Shown here: one piece after another, positions 50,401 to 63,500 of the stretch | Layout: each line of letters opens with the position of its first letter | Position numbering within the stretch: position 1 is the first letter of the stretch | Notes under the pieces: model-generated | The model's input: the letters and a program-made list of their open reading frames with translations, nothing else | Told to the model about the DNA's origin: nothing | Database searches by the model: none | Program-made: the position numbers and the translations under genes | From: Balanoglossus misakiensis | Lineage: Eukaryota > Animalia > Hemichordata | Length of the DNA: 64,000 bases | Direction: 5' to 3' | Assembly: GCA_040954595.2 (NCBI GenBank) | Contig: CM082592.2 | Location: forward strand, 1,860,001-1,924,000

Positions 50401-52155
50401 CATGTTTGACTTCTGTACTGGCCAGCGATAAAGAAAGTTGTCAAACCCAGAAATCAAAACCGGACACTCAATTAATTTTCCCTGTATATAACTTGTGTAC
50501 AAGATATTACATGAATGACCTTCTTTCCAGCTGGCGAATTTAAAGTCAAAAGTAATAACATCACGGGACACAGTGTGATGGGTGTTAGAAAGCACTTGTC
50601 ATGGATTTACCGTATCCAACATTGCAGCCTATTTACAGTTTAAATTCACAAATGGCACGTTTTTCGTTTCTTCCAGAATCAGGACGAAGCTGTCAGAACG
50701 GCCAAATCTCTAGGTGTCTCAGATACTCACAGAACACCCCAGTTACCTTATCCAATACCAATAGTGTGCGTTGGCTGTGACTGTAAAGACGAGGTCAGTA
50801 AGGTCATCACATACTAAGTGACGTTTATGCGTGTTTTAATATGCCAAGTTAGCGCTTTACTCTAACCCGTTTAAAATTTGTTCCTTCAGAAACTACTCAA
50901 AGACATTGCTGATAACACCGGTGGAATATACACCAATGTGGAAGATGCCAAAAAGCTAAAGCACGTCTTCCGCGAACAGGCATGGCTAACAGAGTTTTTA
51001 GTACAACATCGCATGGATGGTAGGTTACAGTTAAATAACGTGTGGTATAAGCTTGTTATAGATGACCTGTCGAATTATCAACACATAAAATATTTGCTAA
51101 GACATTATGACAGCTTACATGTACTTGCCACTGAAGCATTTGCCGTCTTGGCATTGGTATGGTAAGACCACTTTCACGGGAAATTTTATTTCCTTTCTTC
51201 ATCTACTTTCCCTGGAGGCTCTGGTCGGTTAAGAAATTTGACGGAACAAGACCTTGTTATGTTTTATGAAGAGAAGAACGAAATGATCCAGACGTTTGAA
51301 TCGGTACGTTCATTTTATGAGGCTCATCGGAAAACTCTTGATCAATTTGTGAATTACGTATCTCAAAATGTGAATTCTCTCTGTGTTGCAATATTGGGAA
51401 ATAAAGAACAAAACTTATACATTTTCGTTGATATTTTTGATACATTGAACACTGAGCATGCGCATATCCAGTTAACGTTTTTGTGGGCAAGGTCTGCGAT
51501 TTCTAACCGACCAACAAAAGACAGAATGTCAACAACTTATCGCAAAAATTGTGCAGCCGCATTTCTTACTTTCTTGATTATCACTCGTTACCATAAAATT
51601 CGGAAATTTAAATTGATTTTTAATTCACAGGACTCTCTATTCAAACTCCAGTCTTCAATGGTAGTTTCCTTTGGCACAGCTACAGAAAATGACGATAACG
51701 ATTAGTCTCGGTTACCCAGAGCCCTCTGCTTCTTCCGTTAGGCACTCCAGAAAGAGGGTCTGGGGAAACCCGGTAGACAAACCGTCAGGCGGAATCGGGA
51801 CAGCTGCGATGCATGACGGGAGATTAATATTCCAAAATGGCGACGTCCTGCGCGCGAACCCACGGCCGACATGTATGACATACGATAAAGAAAACATGCT
51901 GAGAAGTGCTAGACCTGCTAAAACTGTATACAAATTGAAAAGAGAGAGAGAAGTTCGGTAAATAGTTTTCTAATATCGACATATCATAACATCGTATCGA
52001 ATATTAATCTCCCGTCATGCATCGCAGCTGTCCCGATTCCGCCTGACGGTTTGTCTACCGGGTTTCCCCAGACCCTCTTTCTGGAGTGCCTAACGGAAGA
52101 AGCAGAGGGCTCTGGGTAACCGAGACTAGATAACGATATGTATGGAGGTCATGTG
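44458..52155 (+). CDS. Divergent VWA-domain gene paralogous to the 31924 gene; TE-riddled, possibly pseudogene
   Basis: Exons 44458-44659 (MAFDTILLVDNSVS), ~46397-46470, ~48148-48221 (PRIIIVVGNGPH), ~50678-50793 (PYPIPIVCVGC), ~50890-51019, ~51218 onward, and ~51631-52155 (interrupted by a MITE). Exon pattern matches the minus-strand VWA gene. Confidence 0.6.
45222..45897. mobile_element. Double-hairpin (Crypton-like) element
   Basis: Inverted pair ttatcatacatgc / gcatgtacgataa, plus a near-perfect 143-bp palindrome 45755-45897 centred on gcttcgc. Confidence 0.6.
45949..46306. mobile_element. Double-hairpin (Crypton-like) element, copy 1
   Basis: tatattacca..tggtaatata, plus palindrome gccctgaccattaacgtttgtt / aacaaacgttaatggtcagggc. 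A second copy lies at 52296. Confidence 0.7.
46852..47610. mobile_element. Double-hairpin (Crypton-like) element
   Basis: Palindrome 46852-46999 centred on gagccgcaggcgag, then inverted pair tttctcacac / gtgtgagaaa. Confidence 0.6.
48245..50484 (+). mobile_element. Tc1/mariner (ITm) DD37E, L31-like deletion derivative with ~0.6-0.7 kb TIRs
   Basis: TA|CAGGGAAAATT..AATTTTCCCTG|TA. Transposase relic IADNAPIH..(37 aa)..YSPDLDPVEHCF at ~49770-50010; SAM-like ORF relic at ~49510-49734. Confidence 0.85.
48610..48693. mobile_element. Tiny palindromic MITE nested in the left TIR
   Basis: acaggtctgtgtgttcccggcgttacac / gtgtaacgccgggaacacacagacctgt; absent from the right TIR. Confidence 0.7.
51703..52128. 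mobile_element. AcademH-like MITE, ~130-bp TIRs, 9-bp TSD
   Basis: TAG..CTA termini; TSD gataacgat at 51694-51702 and 52129-52137; arms essentially perfect. Confidence 0.85.
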
Positions 52156-52295
52156 GTAAGCTGATTGAATTTCCCTCGAGTTACCACAAAACAACACGTG
52201 TTGCATTTACGTCTTTCAACTCATCTTATTCAAAGCTGTGCGAGTGTTATTCGGCGGATGAATGAGTGTCATTCCCAATGATCCTTAAAATAAAT

Positions 52296-52666
52296 TATAT
52301 TACCATGGCCTGTGCGTCGCATTTTAATCGGCCGAGGTGAACGTCGTCACTGACCACAAATACTCAGTAATGGTTTGTTTACGTGCCCGTAAATCTGAAT
52401 AGTAATATTAGCAAACCGTTCAGTGAATGCAACATTTTGCGTAACACAAGTTCCAGGGCCCCTATTCTTTTGCGTGGGACATTTTCGTAAATTTTGACAG
52501 TTTTCTTGAGTTCGTATATAATGGAAATAACCGACTCCGCCCTGACCATTAACGTTTGTTTATGGACGAGGGCTTGAGGAAAGCCAAAATTCATGGGCTC
52601 GGAAGCCTCGCCCATGTATTCTCGCCCTTGCCCATAAACATCGGGGCATCGTCCATTATTTCTATA
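52296..52666. mobile_element. Double-hairpin (Crypton-like) element, copy 2 of the 45949 family
   Basis: Highly similar to 45949-46306, in the same orientation. Confidence 0.75.
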
Positions 52667-55609
52667 CTATTAGTTACAATTTTCGGCTTATGTTAGTTTA
52701 CCCATGACAGTAAATCGATTGGCATGGATGCCTTCTCATGAGAATATTAATTGAACTCTCGTGTAATGGTTACCTGTAACAGGATGACTCTGGTTCAGGA
52801 GAAGAAAGAGAAGAAGAAGAACAATTAATGCCTGTACATCGTATTACCCCACTTTGTAAGTTATCTTGAAGTTTCTAATCATATGTAGACATTACCGTTG
52901 CCTTTCTGACAACAGTCCCGATATATTTTTCCTGGAAATTATCTGCGCCAGTGTGATGCACACGTCAAGGACGGCGTGAAATGAAGATGTGCGTTTGACT
53001 GGCAGCGGGACGCATGCATGTATGGTTTCTAGCATGACGCGTGATGCAAAATGCATATTGATTGGACAAATTTCGGCAAAAAACATGGCCGCTGACTGTG
53101 TCGAAAATAGATTGGGTTTTACATCAGTGCGGTTGTGGCTGATACACTGGCTAAAATACTGAACGTCTGCGGAAAAGTCTTCCGTCATACTTTACCGCAG
53201 ACGCTATAGTGTCTTGTGTATTTGATTGACATGGCAAGACTTGCAGTTAACAAAGTCATCCAAGACTCCTCACTATTCACTAATTTAAACTAGTCTAATG
53301 GAAATGGTATAAGGACTTGAACAATTCTCCATTGGCCTTTGTTCTAACCTGGCTTATTCTATATATAGTTGCTGCAAGGGCACAAACTCATCATCCCTGG
53401 CCCTTCATCATGGCCAGGGAATATGTGTTCACTGTATACCCTTAACTTCAACAGATACAGAAGATTTCAGCGAAGAAAGACTTGACGCCTTAGTAAATTC
53501 TACAGCTCAATTCAAAAGAATGAAACCGAAGTCAACGTGTCACTGCCGCTGTATTATTCTGTGATGGATGTATCAGACAATATGATAATATCAGTTCGAT
53601 ACAGGCAAAGTCCTTGCAGATGGAAGCCGACTGTAGTCGCCGAAATCCAATATATTTCCACGAACACAGACAATTTTGCCCTCTCAATCCTCATTTTTTA
53701 AAGTCTTTATTTCAAGAGTAAGTATATATAACACAGCTCATGTTGGCGGGAAGGTTTCAGATTACTTGTCTTTGATTGGCTAATAATGACTGATTCTAGG
53801 ACGGATTATTGTCAAAAAATACTGGTAACCAAACTTGAGGGTGTATACTTTATCAATGTCACGATCTTGTGAATTGTCATATTTAGAAAACAATTCTCAA
53901 CAAAAATACTTAATCGGATATACATGTACTCGGCTGTGTCTCGTTTTAATAATGAACGACAAAATCGACATTTTTCAATTTGGATACATGACGATATATC
54001 AGATTTTGTTTCATTGTGTAATGTTACGCCTTCATGATAGAGTCAGAGCCAGGTATAAATTAAACGCACCATAAAAACGATTGTTTACGACAGGACGAAT
54101 TTTATCCAAATTACCACTGAGGGCGATATTTTGAGCCATTTCAGAATATTTTGTTGACGGACTTCGTAGCATAGAAATCGAGCTAGTTGACAGATTGCCC
54201 TTGTTGTGACTGTAATCATTGGAATTCGTTGGCTGAATGTAAGAAAATCGAAAAACCGTTGTGGCCCCATGGAAAATGAATTACTGGTCTTGTGCTATCT
54301 TTTGTCTGTCTGTCTGTCTGTCTGTCTGGCTGGCTGGCTGGCTGGCTGTCCAATAGACGTGTGTATCGCGGCAAAATATGACGTTTTGAGTTAAAGAGAA
54401 ATCAACATGCAATCTGACGTTGACAGGTGTGAATCTGTAAGCGTGTTTTGAAAGTGTTTACAGTGGGATAGGCTTTACATGTATTTTCACCGGCAAGAGC
54501 TAGAGTTACAAAGGACAGGTAAAGAAGTCAGTTGCCATCCTGGTGACGTCAGCAGGAGACATTTAGCACCCGAGCAGAGAGTGCATGTTGATTAAGGACG
54601 AAGAGATATTAAATTCTGAGAAATTGAGGAGAGCTTCTTTTATAGGGCTTTATGAGGAATGAGTAAAATATTGAACACAACACGAACAAGTGGCTGCCAG
54701 GAAAATCTAGACGTTGCGTTCATAATGCTCTATCGGCTGAAAATTCCAAATGGCTATTGCTATCAGATATTCCGTGAACACGTTGACGTATAGGAAGCCC
54801 TGTATTGTATGCGTGTTGACCGCTGCCCTCTGTTACATGCGATTTTCGGCATGTTTTTGTTTCGCTGTCTCGATCGTTTCGGCCATGTCCACTCTCCGTT
54901 AAACAACACGAGCATATTCTGTACATTTATATATTATATAATTTTCTGTAACATGCAATTTGTCAATTAAGGTTTACGCTACGTTCGCCAAAATAAGTAG
55001 CGGGTCGGAGGAATTGAGGAGGGACTTGAACATTTTTGACCATGATGGGGGGGGGGGGGCTGAACATTTTGCGGGTACATCAAGGGAAGATTCATCAAAC
55101 TTTTTCCGATACACCGTCCATTATTTGTGAACGCAGCCTTATTCAATACTTAACCACTGTAATTTGAACGAGCATTAAGTCCTGCATGCATGGTCAAGTG
55201 TGTGACGTACAGTTCATAATGAATAATAACACTAATTTTATGATGCCAAAACTATGTCAATGTTTTATACTTACGCATGCAGAATTGCTTACATTATAGT
55301 AATGGAAAGACAAAAACAAAAACATGTATCAATTCAAATTATTTGATTTTACGTAATGTTTTTGTACATTTGTACCAAGACAGATAACCCCTCATACGAA
55401 TAGGCATTTCAATAGTAACATAACTTTAAACGTGTATCAGAGAAGCACTGTAAATAAAAATTGCCTCGTGTTTGCTGAATAGTAGATAATGCATTAATGG
55501 TTCCATTGTCGGGGATTTGAACATCAAAGTCTTGCCTTGGGCGTTTTATAAAACGAGCAATTGCACATACGCGATATTTCTTATGGCGCGTAATCGAGGC
55601 CAAAATTAA

Positions 55610-55945
55610 CACCTCACTTTTTGAGTGAAACGCATTCGTTTTGAGGCAACACATTTGTTTTGAAGGTCGACACTTTTTAATCGGAGGATACCACTTTCGT
55701 TTGCCTTTGAAGGTCGACACTTTTGAATCGGAGGACCACATTCGTTTTGAGCTGACACGCATTTGAATCGGACTCAACCTCATTTGAGTTGGGAAAACCC
55801 ATTTTTGACTTGGGGTACACTGCATTTGATTTGAGTGACGATACTTTTGAGTTGAGACAAACCGTTCTTGAATTTGAGTCCACCGCATTCCATTTGAGGC
55901 TCAACTTGTGAATGGGACACCATCTCATTTGATTTGACTCAGGTT
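55610..55945. repeat. Degenerate short-period tandem repeat (tttgag-rich)
   Basis: Recurring catttgag/ttttgag/tttgaa motifs at ~20-bp spacing. Confidence 0.5.
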
Positions 55946-55992
55946 TTTCTTCCAATTGATTGTACCAGAATGTGGCTCTCCGTAAAACAACC

Positions 55993-56375
55993 CTTCTTTG
56001 TAGCGATTAGCTTTGCTCAGACAACATGAAACGTCACAAAGCGTCATGCCCTACGTCACATGACGTCATTGATATATACAGGTGTTTTATGTTACTGAAC
56101 TGGGGGGTCTGGAAGGACTGACCCGGAACCATATATAGGTTGTGTGTTTCATATCAGTAATAGGTTCCCGCCAGTAGGCAACGCATGTCAACGCATGTAA
56201 GTTCCCAAAAAGTTATATTAGAAACAATGAGACAGGCCTACAAGAGAAAAAAAGTAATGTCTATTTCTACTTTTCAAAAGGAAAACATACCCAGTATGCA
56301 TAGTGATCGGACACAGGGCATGACGCTTTGTGACGTTTCATGTTGTCTGCTCAAAGCTAATCGCTACAAAGAAGA
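55993..56375. mobile_element. MITE with ~60-bp TIRs
   Basis: cttctttgtagcgattagctttg..gcgtcatgccct / agggcatgacgc..caaagctaatcgctacaaagaag. Confidence 0.7.
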
Positions 56376-57150
56376 GGTGCTTTCCGTTGTGGCGTGGAGT
56401 AATTTAACACTTGGTTCCGCTTTGGCGTTGTTAAATATCACTGATTGGAAACCACATGAATACATTGCACACAGCTGACGAGTACTCATTATATGCGGTC
56501 TGGTCGGTTTTTATCTGTTTTAAGGATAGTGTGATTCTCCACAAGATATAACAGCGCATAAAATTGACTCACTGTGCCCAGCTGTGTCAAAGTGGATGTG
56601 ATCGTGGCTTGCAATCACTGATGAATACGTGGTACCACATAATTCAAACGTCAGACACGTGCAAATGGGAAGCTGTGGTAATATTTGTAATGCTTGTACA
56701 ATCATCACGACACCAACGGGTTAAGTTTCACATTTTTCTGCTAGCCATGCTCTGTGTATTTATTCAGGTTTGCAAACGGTGATGGCCATTCAAGTTTCAG
56801 CTTGTGTTTCGCGCTGACAGAATTGTCAGTGGCCTATAGACACACTGAAATAAAATTGTTGAACTTTCAATGGAAGCGTGTGTACCATTATATTTCTTAA
56901 CATTAATTTGAATGGTCATTTTTTCACAAAGCACGTCGTTGTCCATGGACCCGTGTTTTTGTAGCCTTTTCAACTATACAGTAATTCATCAAAAGTGTTG
57001 CCCTTGACAACGTGTCGACTTGTTAACGAGTTCTAAAATAATACAAATGCGAGGGTTTACCAGACGACGTATTAGGTTATCAGTGCCATTGTCCTGTGCG
57101 TTATTACAAGAAAATGCATTCAGGATGAAACGTCATGCAGTCGTATTATT

Positions 57151-57723
57151 AGAGAGGTTTAGTTACACGTAAATACACGTACGTCTGACGGCAGGCAGTG
57201 GCGTTCGCGTATGCGTAGCGACGCGTGAATTTTGAGGTTTAGTTGTACGTTTTGAATAACTAAAATATTTAAAAACAATAGAAAATTCAAATATTTTTCA
57301 CTTTAATAAATTTTGTATGAATATTCTCTAAGATCACCACCCTTGCAATAAGTTTCTTGACTGCAGTGAAAATATAGTTTAGTGAAGTTTTCCGATGTCT
57401 TTGTCGAGGCGTCCACTGAAAACGTAGTTTGTGAATAATTTTTTGTGTTCATGTTTTGAAAACACCAAATACAGTCGGTTTTAGGACATATGGCAGAAAT
57501 TTTTCAGATTACATGGATGCTGGCTACATCACAATTGCACTTCAGAGATCAATCGCTCAAATTAAAGAGCGAATATCGAGAAATTCCGAAAAAAAATGTT
57601 ACGCGTAGAAGCGTCGCTTGTCGTTCCGAACGTCTGCTCTACACGTATGCGACGTCTGCTTATCACGTGACAATGACGCTACGCGTACTGATCGAACGTA
57701 TTTACGTGTAACTAAACCTCTCT
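57151..57723. mobile_element. Harbinger-like MITE
   Basis: TIR agagaggtttagttacacgtaaata / tatttacgtgtaactaaacctctct in a TWA context. Confidence 0.75.
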
Positions 57724-59595
57724 AAATTATCTGGCGTCGCAACACGTGCTTCTTCAACTGACATATATATATATAGCAAGGAAAGGGAAAACTTATATCC
57801 TAAAGGTTCTATACCGACACTTTATTACTGAATTGAAGCAATTTTACTTCATCCTACACCACATGTATCTTCTGTTTGTTGCCGTGTCATTTGCTACGAT
57901 TCGACGTTGCTATTTTTTGCCAAATTACCACGTGCTAGAGTTGGTCGGCCAGTGATTATTCTCCGTTGTTGGTATTCATGTAGCACGTCAGATAAAATTT
58001 GTTAAATTTGCTGACAAATGCATTTTGTCGGAAAACAAACCAAGGCTGTATATTCATTGGACATACTAGTATTTCAAAGAGTGCGTGATAAAATTGGATG
58101 GCATTTTGAGATCAAAACATGACAAAGTGGCATAGCTCACGGCCCTTTAACCGTTGCTTGAAGTATATCTAAGCACACCGGAAACTCAGCCGATTTGACA
58201 AAAACCTTCCTTCTCTGACAGGACCTGATGGCTTTAGTCAGTTCTTTAGTGTGGGAAGATGCAATCTCTTCTGATGCCACATCACTATTCGGGTTCAGCA
58301 GAGAGAGCCCAGGATTGGCATTTAAAACTTACAGGGGTACAGAAAACGATGATGAAAAATCTAAAGATTTAGCGCTGCAATTGACTGATCTTGCATGTCA
58401 ATCACGTTACACTAGCTGTCCATTTAACTGGGTTAACTGACAAGCCAAGGCATTGAATGCATAGTGATGTAAAACGTATACATGTACACACACAGGCAAA
58501 ATTACCAATGCGGAAAGAAAGGCCAAATATGGTTCAATAAGATCTGGTATTGTGGCAGTCATTAAGCCTATTAATAAGCATGACAAGAAACTACATTAAT
58601 AGTGACCTACATATTGTATATAGCACAGACCCCTCGGGTTTTGTGAATGTAGTGAATGATGTACCAGTAGACAATAACCCTAAGTCTTAAGTTTTACTAC
58701 CTGATCGTTTTCATACCCCTGGCCTGACATTTCTTTCGGTCGCTGCATGGGGGCAATCAACCTTGGCACTGCGGTTGTATGTGTCCTGGCGTTTAATTGG
58801 TGTCATGGGGGTTGCATACTTCGCTGATGATGCGGTTTGAATGGATTATTCACTTTCCCTATTCAATTGTGGCTGATGTTCAAGTTGAATTGTTGAAAAT
58901 CACGCGAGGTTTGGATGACTTGTGCTCAGGTAGAAGCTGCTGAACAAGACATACCCACATGTAACAACCATAATCACTGTGGATCGATCGATGTAAATCA
59001 CACAGTAATAGTCGTGGCTGCAGAGGGTGTTTTAGGAGGCAATATTTCAAACAGCCGAAGACGTATAGGCGCAGCATTTTACTTGACAGTTAGTCTTCCT
59101 TTAGACTTGCACAGTTCTCAGATGTAAAATTTGCCACTCTTAGAGTGTATCTTGTATACTAAATAAATACTAAATTTTATTTTTATTTTAAGCCGTAGCA
59201 ACCAGTCAAAGGTAATACATAGTTTAGTAAACACCACGGGTGGTCGATATATTTTAATGACATTTTATGAAGGAAACTGACCTAAATATACAAATCACAC
59301 ACATAAATTAAATATGCAAATCACACGTATAAATTAAGTATGCAAATCACACGCACAAATCAGAGAAATTGCTTTCTTCAGAACCCAGGGCGAACATGCA
59401 GAATCTAGTCATGCAATTGATCGATATGCCTTTAAAGGGGACTTGCCTGTACAAAATTGACCCATTTCGGTATGCTCCATGCACCCAGTTAAAATCCTAT
59501 TTGATTGGTGGCCAAAAGCGTGTGCTCGAATTCAAAATCAGGATACTGAACACGAACACAAGTTTTCAGATACTATCAGATGTCTGAGCTATTTC

Positions 59596-60564
59596 CTATA
59601 TTACCGGTTGCACTTTATTATCCCTGAAGCCTTTACGTATTTCATGTCGGAACCGATTGTCCGTCCAGGCGTAGACGAACGGGTTGATTGCCCCGTTTAA
59701 CAGATAGATGTAGAGCGTTACTCGCTGCAGCGTGACCTGGTCGTATTTTGGATCGACAGTGTACGCCACGAAGCTGGGTACGTAGTTCAAGACGAAGCAC
59801 ACCATGATTGCCCCGGATATCTTCGCGAGTTTGATCTCCCTGCTCGGCAGTGTCGACCGCCTTTCTTGTCTGGTGTCGCCTGGTCTGTCGTTGCCACACT
59901 GTAAGTTAACCTGCAGCACTTTCACTCGATAAGCCCTGACATACAAGTAGATTTTGATGTAGCACACGGTGATAGTCATTAAAGACAACGGCAAAAAGCT
60001 CAGGACAAGTATTGCGAGGTACAGGGAGCTTAGCTCGGACTTGTCCACATGGCAAATATCCAAAGCGGGGTCATAAGCCCTCTTCCCGATGCCGCAGGTT
60101 GTGAGCATGTTGGGCAGTATGATGGAGATCAGCCAAGTGGTCAGCAACTAGTAAAAGAACCTGCGTCCACCGTAGACTGAGCGGTAGAAAGCGACCGACT
60201 GCGTAATGTGGACGTATCGGTTGATGGCTATTAACACGAGCAGCAGTATCGTCGACGTGGCCAATGTGTGACTGATGGCACTCACGATGTCGCAGAGCAC
60301 GTGCGGAAACGGCCACCTGTCCAGAGATATGGCCACAACGTCCACGGGGAGAATACAGAAACAGTGAATGAAGTTGGCCAGGGCTAGGTTCGCTGTGAGA
60401 AACCTCACTTTGGTCCTCAGTGGCGTGTAGTGGGCCACGGCAAAGACGATCACGGCGTTGCCCAGACTGCCCCCAACAGCGCCACATGACAAAACAAGTG
60501 CTTCGGGTATCCGTTCCTGCAGTTCGGTCGACCCATACACGTTTGTTACATTACGCTGTGTCAT
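59596..60564 (-). pseudogene. Intronless class A GPCR (melatonin-receptor/GPR84/moody-like) with premature stop
   Basis: GN (TM1), NLALA (TM2), INRY (TM3), CFVLNYVP (TM6), NPFVY (TM7). The two ORFs are in the same frame, separated by a single TAG at 60148-60150. Confidence 0.85.
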
Positions 60565-63500
60565 TGCTCCCTTTTCCTAATTCAGTATTACCTAATTATT
60601 TTCTTGACACCAGTTGTGAGCTTTCATTCTTTGATCACCAGTCGGAAGCAGACACCAAGATTTTGCTGGTTTGGGAAAAAAACACGTAAAGTTTTGTTAC
60701 TGTCTAAACAGATGCTTGTATTACATAGCCTTGCCAACTGCCGAAATTGAAACTTACGTGTACGTTATACATTTATGCAGTCCTCCCAAGAAGTAACAAG
60801 ACATTCATAATGATTGTGCCTATAGCTACTTCCAATCAAGCGTTATCTTGTTCCACGCTGGCCTCAATGATTGATTACATATACTGCTCAGAGCACCATG
60901 GCACAAGTTTGCCGCTCGCAATTTATGAGTGCTCGCGTCCCCCAATGCAAACTGGTCTATCTGCTACAACTGCAGCGAGACTATCAACGACATACCCGAC
61001 TGACTTCAGTTTCCCACTATTATTCGGATGTTGGCGACAGCCGCGCAAATTCTTTGGAGTTCAGATGATATACAGTCGATTGTCGGCACCAATCAGTCCT
61101 TTCGTACAGAATACGCTCGACACTGCAGAACATCTCACAAACGTTTCTGAGCGAGCACCGACTGGCAGACGCATGCGTCCTGTGCGTTTCCCGACCAGCA
61201 TACTAGTATATATTATGTTGTGGAGAGGTATTATGACTGTACCTATATACGCATACAACAAACAACAGTATGTGAAGTGAACGGGGCCCTCCCCCGTGTT
61301 CTGATACATGTATGTTGAGCAACGCAGTGGCTGTTCATGTCCTAGGCACCCTATGCTATCAGCAGCAAGTGAAACTCAAGTGAACCACCTGTTAACAACT
61401 TACCCACTGTATTCGACCGATTTACACTTTGTTATTTAGATTCAGTCTTCAGAATTAATTATGCATAACCTGAATTATTTTACGATAAGTGGCGATGGTC
61501 TTGTTTGGCAACCGCAGTGCAATTCTCATAGAGAAACGCAAAAAGAATTGCAGATATATAGACACACGTATAATCAATTGCAACGGATTGTTTGAATATG
61601 GAAATTACCAAGTCGAACAATCGTAATTTACTCGAGTGGAGTGTTGCGGTATAGGGGACGTAAAATAATATCTGGAGTTGATTCAAATGGATAAGAAACA
61701 ATTTCAAATCTAAAAGATGCACTTCAGGCAAGATAGCTAGGGCGGTTGTTGACTGCGTCCGCGTCCGTCTCAGTGAAAGTTTTGCAACCGGGAAAGCCCA
61801 ACCCCTTCAAGTGACATGATCGCCATTTTTGAGCACAACAATTTTGCAATTCGGTTCGGAACGTCGAACGCGGCGCGGTATCAATCGCTAACGGACGCGA
61901 TGCGGCAGTTTTCTGGCCTCATCTTACTATGTCGGAACCACATGTAGGTTACTTTGTGTTCAATAATCTGTTGGGATGATTACAAAGGGCTCAACAGTTT
62001 GCTGGAAAAGTAAACGCACCACAGCACGTTGGAACTATAACTAAATGGTGAATTTTACCGCAGAACGCACAAACTGCACGACGTACGGGAGAGGGGGGGG
62101 GGAGTTGTGAAATTTAAGTTGACATCAATTTAGTCTGAAAAATAATGAGTCGCTCTCGCTGATATGTCCACCAACAAAAATCATTTACTTATTATTCATT
62201 CTGGCGAATGGCGTGTCCGGCAGCATTTTCCGTGACCCAGACGACAAATCGATACTCACCTTGAGTACCGCCCTCAGCACGTGTAACCGTTTCACACCCG
62301 CAGCCGCTTACCAAATTTCAGACCAATTTACTGAGATATCGATGATACACACAGACACTTCATGCAACGTAAGTTCGCATACGTGAGACTACGAGAGCTG
62401 AATTGGATGGACCATATATCATCCGATCATCAATATGCACCTTTCGTATATCATTATAATGTGGGGGTGTCATTTTATCATATACCATGTAATGGGCATA
62501 TATGGTGCATACAGTAAATAACGGGAATTCGCCTGCCAGCACATAGGCCGACTAATTTTGAGAATGTCGCTATAGCGGCGTAGTATTACAGATATTACAC
62601 ATATGTTAGGATTAACCTACATCTATGATATACAATACCGTGATATGCAATATCTACGGATCCTGCGCAGGAAATAGTAATGGTAACCATGGTAATTACT
62701 ATACATCTATAATAACCCAATTGCAAGTAAATACCACGCATCACCTATCGGAAGCATGCATGATTTCTCTAAGTGCCTAACGACACTCGTGCCAATTCCT
62801 AATTAAAATTTCCCATGTGTGCTATGCTTAACTGTTTTCACATCGCATATCACTTGTATTATGTTTCCTATATGTGTATTAGTTTGGGGTAAGAATTTTG
62901 CTCGATAAGACGTAATTTACGACTTTACCTTGGGTTCACCGCCGCCTGAGGGCGGCGTATTATCATGATTATGTTAGACAATGCAGACACGATGCCAAAG
63001 ACAAGGACACGACACGTATAGACAAATGTGTTTTACTTTTCACTTAATGTGTCATATTCCAAGTATACCTTTTTGCCATAGAGCTGTGTTTTTATGCACG
63101 TTGGAAAATTGTGTCAAATTAAATCGCAACTTCTATGTCGCGCAGATGGTATTGTGCGTGCCTTACAGGAACTGAAATAAAAATGTGTACCATTGTACTT
63201 CTTTTCAACATGTTTTTTTTTTTCAATTACTACGTCATTTACTTCTTCTACCCCCTGGGCTCAAATTTGTTGTTTCGTTCTGTAGACACTGTTCCAAGCA
63301 TCTAATACACCAACAAGATGTCGATGTCACGTACATGTATCGTCATGGTCGGTTTGAAGTATTTGTTGATTGCCGGGTTAGCTTGTCCGATTTATATTCT
63401 TTGCAAGGAGTCCATGACCGTACACAACTGTAGTGTCAACATAGCCCAATCTTTCATGTGTATTTCATGTGAGGACTTAATAATTATGAAAAGTGTTACA

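Noticed and set aside
55409-55955. 159-aa and 92-aa ORFs
   Set aside because: They overlap a degenerate tandem repeat and have no domain features.
60747-61280. 177-aa plus-strand ORF
   Set aside because: TTG start, no recognisable motifs, and it lies upstream of the GPCR; likely spurious.
61740-62960. GC-rich hairpin ccgccgcctgagggcggcg and possible repeat element
   Set aside because: Boundaries and partner ends could not be defined.
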